A stretch of DNA of 51,970 bases from an uncultured Gammaproteobacteria bacterium (GTDB lineage Bacteria; Patescibacteriota; Patescibacteriia; Buchananbacterales; UBA6539): contig CAZINP010000004.1 of assembly GCA_964540635.1 (NCBI GenBank), positions 1,336 to 53,305 on the forward strand, in the 5' to 3' direction. Below the pieces are notes generated by a model. That model was not told the origin of the DNA. It worked only from the letters and a program-made list of their open reading frames with translations, and did no database searches. This document shows, piece after piece, positions 1 through 7,800 of this stretch (the first letter of the stretch is position 1; each line of letters begins with the position of its first letter). Position numbers and translations under genes: made by a program.

Positions 1-643
1 GATCACCTGACAATAAAATTTTTGGCACTTTATAGGTTTTCAGCTTTGAATTTTTGGTTTTAAGCTTAACAATTTCCGGTCGGGTATATTGCGGATATTC
101 AATAAAATCAAGGCTTTTTGAAAATGTTTCTTCGTCCAAAGCATTTTCGTGGCCGACAACGCCGGGGACTTGGCGTGCAATTGCTTCCAGTACCACCATC
201 GCCGGAATTTCACCGCCGGCTAAAACATAATCGCCGATAGAAATTTTTTCATCAACCAATTTATCAACTCTGGCATCAAACCCTTCATAGCGACCGCACA
301 GCAAAATCAAATCATCATACTTGCTCAACCGCTCGGCTTCCCTTTGGGTAAATTTTTTTCCCGCCGGAGTGAGCATGATCACTCTTTTTTTGGAATTTGA
401 AATTTTGGATTTTGTATTTAAAGCTCGAAGAGCTTTTGCTATCGGTTCGACCATCAAAATCATACCAGGTCCGCCGCCATATGGCCGGTCATCAACTTTT
501 TTATGTTTGCCCGTGGCCCATTTTCTTAAATCATGGATTTTAATGCTGATTAATTTTTTGGCCAGGGCGCGCTTAATAATTGATTCTTTAAAATATGAAT
601 CAAAAATCTCGGGGAAAATGGTAATGAGATGGAAGTTTTTCAT
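1..643 (-). CDS. trmD: tRNA (guanine-N1)-methyltransferase TrmD, 3' end outside window
   Basis: Hand translation from ATG at 643: MKNFHLITIFPEIFDSYF...VDDRPYGGGPGMILMVEP...LLCGRYEGFDARV...SIGDYVLAGGEIPAM; not in supplied ORF track. Confidence 0.96.
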   Translation of the reverse strand, partial: MKNFHLITIFPEIFDSYFKESIIKRALAKKLISIKIHDLRKWATGKHKKVDDRPYGGGPGMILMVEPIAKALRALNTKSKISNSKKRVIMLTPAGKKFTQREAERLSKYDDLILLCGRYEGFDARVDKLVDEKISIGDYVLAGGEIPAMVVLEAIARQVPGVVGHENALDEETFSKSLDFIEYPQYTRPEIVKLKTKNSKLKTYKVPKILLSGD

Positions 644-737
644 ATAAAGTATTTTATCATATATATTAATAAAGAAGTAGGGAGCTGAATTGATATTTTA
701 AATTTTAGCTTATTTTAAACAAAATATTGAAATATTG

Positions 738-766
738 TTGACAATTTTAACAAAAAAGAGTATAAT
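738..766 (+). promoter_or_regulatory. Consensus sigma70 promoter
   Basis: TTGACA (738-743), 17 nt, TATAAT (761-766). Confidence 0.85.
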
Positions 767-841
767 TATTCGTTGTATCTTGGTTTGGTGTCTTCAGCCG
801 GGCGCCGGGTACAACAAAACCCAAAAAAAAGGAGAATTGCA

Positions 842-1087
842 GTGTCGAAGGTAATGAACAGCCGGGGCATTTGTCTCGGTCTCCAACAGGCTGTTGTTTT
901 GGCCGAGGCGGCCACGAGTTTGGCCGACCTCAAGGCCGAACCAAAGGCCCCACTTCAGCCTGAGGGCCGCAAGTGTCAATGCTGCGGCAGCTTGCTGTCG
1001 CAGTACAATCCCGGTCGGGTCTGCCACCCGTGCCGGGAGGCTGGATTTTTCGGCCGGTTCAAGCCGACCAAGGTAGCCGCCTTTTAA
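842..1087 (+). CDS. Small Cys4 zinc-finger-like protein 1
   Basis: AAAAGGAG (827-834) 7 nt before in-frame GTG 842; motif CQCCGSLLSQYNPGRVCHPC. Confidence 0.7.
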   Translation: MSKVMNSRGICLGLQQAVVLAEAATSLADLKAEPKAPLQPEGRKCQCCGSLLSQYNPGRVCHPCREAGFFGRFKPTKVAAF

Positions 1088-1152
1088 GGCGGCAATCGTT
1101 CGTTTTTTTTTCGGCGCGAGGCATCCTGTCTCGCGCTTTGACTTTTTCTTTT
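1076..1152 (+). terminator. Two hairpins with U tracts between the Zn-finger ORFs
   Basis: GCCGCCTT-TT-AAGGCGGC (1076-1093); GCGCGAGGCA-TCC-TGTCTCGCGC (1114-1136) followed by TTTGACTTTTTCTTTT. Confidence 0.55.
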
Positions 1153-1170
1153 ACTATCAAGGAGGTGTGT

Positions 1171-1344
1171 ATGAAAAGGAATGAAGAAGGCAGAAAAAAA
1201 ATTCCCTCACCCGCCAGTTCGGTTAAGGGTGGCAAACCGAAAAGGATTGAAAAGGATCGGTTTTGCCAAGGCCCGGGGTGCAGAACCAAGCTCTCGCCTT
1301 ACAATTTGACCAGCTTATGCTCAGTTTGCCGGTCAAAAAAGTAG
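1171..1344 (+). CDS. Small basic Cys4 zinc-finger-like protein 2 (57 aa)
   Basis: AAGGAGGT directly upstream of ATG 1171; motif CQGPGCRTKLSPYNLTSLCSVC. Confidence 0.75.
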   Translation: MKRNEEGRKKIPSPASSVKGGKPKRIEKDRFCQGPGCRTKLSPYNLTSLCSVCRSKK

Positions 1345-1370
1345 TATATAGCCGCCAATTCAGCGGTTTG

Positions 1371-1398
1371 GACCGAAACCCTTCGGTCTTTTTTATTT
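1371..1398 (+). terminator. Intrinsic terminator
   Basis: GACCGAA-ACCC-TTCGGTC followed by TTTTTTATTT. Confidence 0.8.
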
Positions 1399-1443
1399 AA
1401 TTTTAGGTAAATTGTTATTTATAAAATTCAACCTTTAATTTTG

Positions 1444-1472
1444 TTGACGTCAAGTCAAAAATGTGCTATTAT
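1444..1472 (+). promoter_or_regulatory. sigma70 promoter for giant surface protein
   Basis: TTGACG, 17 nt, TATTAT with TG extension; -35 lies within palindrome TTGACGTCAA. Confidence 0.65.
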
Positions 1473-1594
1473 TAATTTAGTATTTGCGATATATTTTTAT
1501 CTTTTAGCGATAAAAATATTTTTAGCTTTAAATTAATAATTTTTAGCTAAAAAAAGCGATAAAAAAACTAAAACTCAAAACAAAAATAAAATTT

Positions 1595-1738
1595 ATGGCA
1601 GGCTTGACCCAGGAGGTTGTTAATAACTTTAATAAAATTTTTGGTTTTTGCCCTTTTTTTGGCGCAAACAATGATTTTACTAATAAGAAATCAAAGAATT
1701 TTTTTCAGTCCGATCTTGAAATTTCTATTTCGGAATAG
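1595..1738 (+). CDS. Possible 47-aa upstream ORF in leader of giant gene
   Basis: Hand translation MAGLTQEVVNNFNKIFGFCPFFGANNDFTNKKSKNFFQSDLEISISE*; A-rich start context like core genes; no homology recognised. Confidence 0.3.
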   Translation: MAGLTQEVVNNFNKIFGFCPFFGANNDFTNKKSKNFFQSDLEISISE

Positions 1739-1811
1739 ATTGGCGTGAAGAAATTTCTTTGATTTTTTTTGTAAATACAAGGAAAATCAAAGAAAACAAA
1801 AAACAAAATTG

Positions 1812-4800
1812 ATGTTTAGGAAGCTGAAAAATAAAAATTATTTCAGCCTCAAATTCGCTTTTGTGGTCGTGTTTTTTGTTTTATTGATTTTGAGTTTGGA
1901 TTTAAAAACCGCTTTTGCCGGTATCAATAAACAATTAAATTATCAAGGAAGAATCAATACCATTTCCGGTTCAGCCGTGCCGAATGGTACCTATTATATT
2001 AAATTAGCTCTTTATGATGTTTCAAGCGGCGGCACTTGCTTGTGGACGGCTGTTGGTTCGTGTGCGGACGGCAATATCGGCACCACTACGGTTTCAGTCG
2101 TTAATGGCATTTTTTCCGTGCCCTTGGGCGGTGTGAGCCAAAATTCTTTGGCCACTTCCACTATTGATTGGGATAGCGATGAATTATATTTAGGTGTAGC
2201 CATTAGAGGCACGGCTGCCACACCGGTTTATGACGATGAGATGACTCCCAGAAAACGCTTAACCGCTTCGGTTTATGCTTTTAATGCCGATATGATTGAT
2301 GGCATTCATGCGACTTCCACGGCCGCGGTTGCTAATTATTTAGTTTCACTTGATGCCAATAAGATTTTAAACTTGTACGATGGTGGCGTATCAAGTACTT
2401 ATGCCACAACTACTCAATTTTTTGTTGGCACCAGCGATAATCCGGTTTTTAATGTTAATGCTAATAATTACATTAATGTTGGCACGACCACCTTGGCTCA
2501 GAGCACCTTTTCGCAAATGGCTTTTCAAAGGCCATATGGCACCGATTATTTGAACTCAATTTTTATTAATCAGGATTATTCCGGCTCGGGTTTAACCTCA
2601 ACCAGTTCTGCTGCGAGAGTAAGTATGAATGACGTTGGTACTAATTATGGTGAATTATATTTTGGCAATAAAATTTCGGTCGGTGGCAATGCAAGATACT
2701 CATATTTTGAAGCCTGGGATGGCGCCGGAACGCTAACTTATCTTTTAAACGGAATCGGTCAGTATTTGGCCGGTAATTCTACTACGACCGGTTCAACCTA
2801 TTTGGGCACAACAGTTGGTTTGAGTGGGGAATATATCAGTCAATGGTCTGATCTAAGTTCATATCTTTCAATTTCTTCCGGCAATCCATTTGATCAGTGG
2901 CTTGATACCACCTCAACTGTTCAATTTTCAACCGCCACCTCCAGTCGGCTTTATGTTCAGGGAACATCGGGAAATTGCGAAGACATGGGCATTATTTTTT
3001 CCGATTCGGTTTATTCTTCTGATGGTTCGGCAAATTTAACTTTTATTCCTCGCACAGTTGCTTCAGGTATCGGTCTTAATTCAAATTTGTTAGTTGCCGG
3101 AGGGGTTGATTCATTTGGCGCTGGCGCCACGACAACTCTTTTGGTTTCCGGCTCGCTGACAACATTGATGGATGGTGCTTGGTTAAGAACCTCAAATTTT
3201 GAAAGTTCAATTACTCCGGGAGAAATTATACCCATGATAAGTGGTTATAGCAGCGACTCTCAAAAAATGTTATATGTTGAAGATAATTTAGGCATTTATG
3301 ATGTTGATGGGGATGGGGCTGCTTTATCGTTTATGGACAATGCCGGTAATCGCTCAACTCTCTTTTGGAACATTTCTACCCCAACCAATGAGTGGGGAAA
3401 CCTATCATTCTTAGGCGGCATGTATTTAAGTAACGGCTTTGAGGTCGGCAAATCGTCAACTTCCACCGAGCTTGGTGACGGCTGGTATGATACCATAAAA
3501 GTCGGCGCCGGTTTATTGCAAAAAAACCATGTCGGCGATAAGGTTGGTATCCAATTCTCTCAGTCAGCCAGCGATACTCTTTTGGGTTACGGTGTTTTAA
3601 CCGGCAATATCTCAAGTATCTTTACCAATGAACTTAAAGATACATATTCGGCTGATTTGGGATTCTTTACCCAAAATTTTGCTGCCAGCACCACGCCGAT
3701 TGAAGCGATGAGATTGACCCCAACCTCCAGCAATTCCATGCTGCCGTTTTATGCCAGAAATAGTTTAAGTGTTACCGGCAATTCTACTACCACCGGCTCA
3801 AGCTACCTTGGTTCCACGGCCGGTTTGAATGGTGTTTATATTAATGATTGGTCAGACATCGCTACTATTGCCGGTTCCTGGGGAACATCAACCGAGCAAT
3901 ATTTCTGGAACAATACTTCAACCTGGTCCGGGTTTGCTTCGCAGTTTGCTCAATATTTTAATGCCACCACCACTTTAAATGGATTTGATCCGAGCTTATA
4001 CTTTTTAACAGCAAATTTTGGCAGCTACTGGGAGAACTCTTACAACGCCACAACGACACTCAATGGGTTTAACCCATTAGAGTATTTATTGATTTCGGAT
4101 TACATTACTTATTGGAACAACGCTTTTAATTCAACGACCACTTGGGCAGCGTACGATGATAATTGGGCTAGAAATTATAATGCCACCTCCACTTTTGGCG
4201 GTAATTTATCCATTGATGGCAACGCCACCACGACCGGCTCAAGCTACCTTGGTTCCACGGCCGGCTTGAACGGCGTTTATATTAATGATTGGTCAGACAT
4301 TGGCAGTCTAAGCGGCGCCTTAATGTTAACCGATTGGTTTGCCACTTCAACTTGGGCGGGCGGCAATGATTTGGTTGTCAGTGGAACAGCCACTTCCACG
4401 TTTGCCGGCAATGTTGAAATTGCCCAAGGTAAAAATTTACAAGTTGAAACTATTTTTTCATATAGTCCGTTGAATGTTAATACGGATTTGGTTGTTAGCG
4501 GCAACGCCACCACGACCGGATATTTGTCAGTCGGCAATGGTTTTACTGGCGCCGTTTACAGTGATAATAATCTATTGGTTGACGGTTCGGCTTATATTGA
4601 TGAGGGTTTATATGTTTTAAACGGCCCGTCAGTTATGGCCACCACCACCTTATCCGGCTTGTTGACTGTTAATAGCACCAGCACCAGAAATATTGCCGCT
4701 CACTGCAGCGATGAAAATTACGACAATCAGGGTGATTGTGAAACCAATGGTGGAACTTGGTATCCGGCGGCTGATTATGATTTTATAACCAGTGCGGAGT

Positions 4801-7800
4801 CTGGTGGTTATAATTTTTCATCTATATTTCAAAAAAATATTAGCACTGGCGTTTATGGCTACGCCACCAGCACCGATTATACTTTGGGAGGCGAAACCAT
4901 TTCGGCTGGTGTTTTTGGGCTTTCTTCCGATTTTGGTGTTATTGGCTTAGGCGGTAGTGTTGCTGGTTTATTTTATAGTCCCAACCAAGCAATTTATGCG
5001 GTTGGTGAGAGTACTTTTATTGGCGCCGCCCATTTTTATACCAATCAATTTAACTTGGGCGCAGAAGGCAACCCGTTGCTTTCCATTTCCGCGACTTCAA
5101 TTGGCGTTGGTCAGTATTCGGCGCCAAGTGAATTTTTAGGTGTGCAACCTTCAGTTGATGCCGGAGAAATTGCAACTGCCAGATTTAAAACCTGGAATAA
5201 TACCGATCAATTATTTTTAGATTCAACCGGTAGAGTTGGTGTTGCCACCACCACGCCCGGCGGCTACTATGGCGAAAAATTAACCGTGGTTGGTGGTGCC
5301 TATATTCAAGGAGGATTGTATGTAGACGGTATTAAAAACGATTTGTTGCCCGCCTTTGATGATACATATTCTTTGGGTTCATCGGATAAAAGATGGAGTA
5401 ATATTTGGGGCCATAATTTAAATATATATGGCACAGCGACCGTAACTCAGCTTGTTGCCAATAATATACATTCAGATTTGAATCCCAGTGCTGACTTAAC
5501 CTATTCTTTGGGAACCTCAACTGCTCGTTGGGATGAAATTTGGGCAAACAGCATTAATATAACCGGCACCACCACCCTAAGTCAAATTATAATTCAGAAC
5601 GGTTTAAATTTTTCCGGCTCTTTGGAAAAGTTAGCCGACGATTTAGAGTTGCCGCATAAATTAAGAAATATTTATACGGCTGACGGTTATGTTTACGCCA
5701 TTACTTATGCTACCGACAGTGTTAATTCATTTAGAATTATTGATGTCTCTAATCCATCCAAGCCACGAGTGGTGGGTGGCGAAGGTTTAAGCGGCTTGCC
5801 TTTGTCTGACGGTAAGCGTGTTTGGGTTAGTGGCAATTACGCTTATTTGCTTTATAATGCCACCGGTGGATTAAAGAATCCTTTCCGTATTGTTGATGTG
5901 TCAGACAAATCAAATCCGGTTGTGGTTGGTGGTCAAAATTTATATTTTGACACAATTGATACGACTCCTGGTCAGCCGTTTTATGTCTCAGGTAAATATG
6001 CTTATATTTTAGGAAGCACCAATCTTTTTATTGTTGATATTTCAGATCCTTATGATCCGAAATTGGTTTCATCATTGAATGGTGTTGGTTTTACAAACTG
6101 GGACATTAAGGTTCAGGGTGACTATGCTTATGTTTGTAGTCGAAAGAATATTAGCGGTGAAAACAACCCTTTAACCATTGTTAATATTAAAGATAAGAAA
6201 AATCCATTTATCACCAAGGAAATGACTTTCCCGACTTCGGATTTGGATCCCGGGTCATATTGTTGGTCATTGGATGTTTCCGGTGCTTATGTCTATTTGG
6301 GCTTGGGAGAAATCGGAGTAAACCCAAGGGATGAAATATTTAGGATTGTTGATGTTTCTGATCCCTACAATCCGGTTTCGGTTGGTGGAGCCAATGTTGG
6401 TATTAATGATGATCCTGATTTTGAGTTGCCGGAATCAGCCGGTACCATAAGTTATTTAAAGGTTTTTGGCACCCGAGTTTATGCCACGGCCTGGAATGGT
6501 TATTTCTTGGTTATGGATGTTGCTTCTTCAACCAATCCAAAGGTTATCAGCAAAAATTATATTAATGATCCTTCTTATGCCACCACCGGTTGGCCGGTAA
6601 CCTTTGATGTTAAAGGAAAGCATGTCTATGTCGGCTATGCTCCGATTATGGATTATTATGCCACCTCAACCGGCTATTTTAGAATATTTGATTTGCCCGG
6701 GGCTGATATTTGGGGCGGTCACTCCGACGCGTTTTCCGCCGGCTCCTTGCAGGTCTTAAACAACGCTGTCTTTAATCAAAGATTAACCGTTTTGGACAGT
6801 TTGGAAATCGGTTCCGGTGGTTTGTATTCGCAGGGTGCTTTATCGGTTTTAGCCACTTCCACTTCAAGCTATTTTGGCGGCTATCTCGGACTTGGTACAA
6901 CCACGCCAAATTATCGATTGGTTGTTAATGCTTCCAACACCACTGATTATTTATTCCAAGTTGCCAGCAGCACTCACCAAGGAATTTTTGAAATCAGAAA
7001 CGACGGCATCGCCAGATTCGGTTATGATTTTATTGTTAATGGTACCGCCACTTCCACTTTTGCCGGCAATATCCAAATCGCTCAAGGAAAGAATTTGCAG
7101 GTGGAAAATATTTTTGCCTACAGTCCGCTTAATATAAATACCGATTTGAAAATTTTTGGCAACGCCACTACAACCGGCGACCATATCGTCAATGGTACGG
7201 TTCGGGCCACCACATTGACTCTTGGTGGAGTCGAGATAAGCAGTTGGTCTGACATTATTAGCGCTGCTGACCTATGGGCCACTTCTACGGAACAGTATTT
7301 CTGGAATAACACTTCCACCTGGTCGGGCTATGACAGCAATTGGGCCAGAAATTATAATGCCACTTCAACTTTCGGCGGTGATTTGACTATTGGTGGGGCA
7401 GCCACCACGACGGGTCAATTTGTAGCTGTGGGCGGACTCAAGTCAGACAGTATTTTCCTTAACGGAACAACAATTACCAATTGGTCTGATTTGGGTGATA
7501 TTTTGGGCGCACGCAATCCGTTTAATCAATGGCTTGATTCCACTTCCAGCGTGGCTTTTGCCACCACTACAGTTAGCGGTCAATTAACAGCCAGCAGTAC
7601 GACTGCTCGTTTGGTGGCAGCCCATTGCAGCAGTGATGATTATGATAATCAAGGTGACTGTGAAAGTAATGGTGAAACTTGGTATTCTGACGACGACCAT
7701 CAATTTACTACAATCGCCCAAACCAGCAACTACGGCTATTTCCCACTATTTGATAATTACTTTAGTGCTGGTGTTTATGGCTATTCAACCTCAACTGATT

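Noticed and set aside
773-841. TTG start at 773 for Zn-finger 1
   Set aside because: It lies at the predicted +1 inside a hairpin; GTG 842 has a well-spaced AAGGAG.
3792-4300. DGR template/variable repeat pair in the giant gene
   Set aside because: The three differences are synonymous third-position T/C changes on the coding strand, not adenine-specific, and no reverse transcriptase is in the window.
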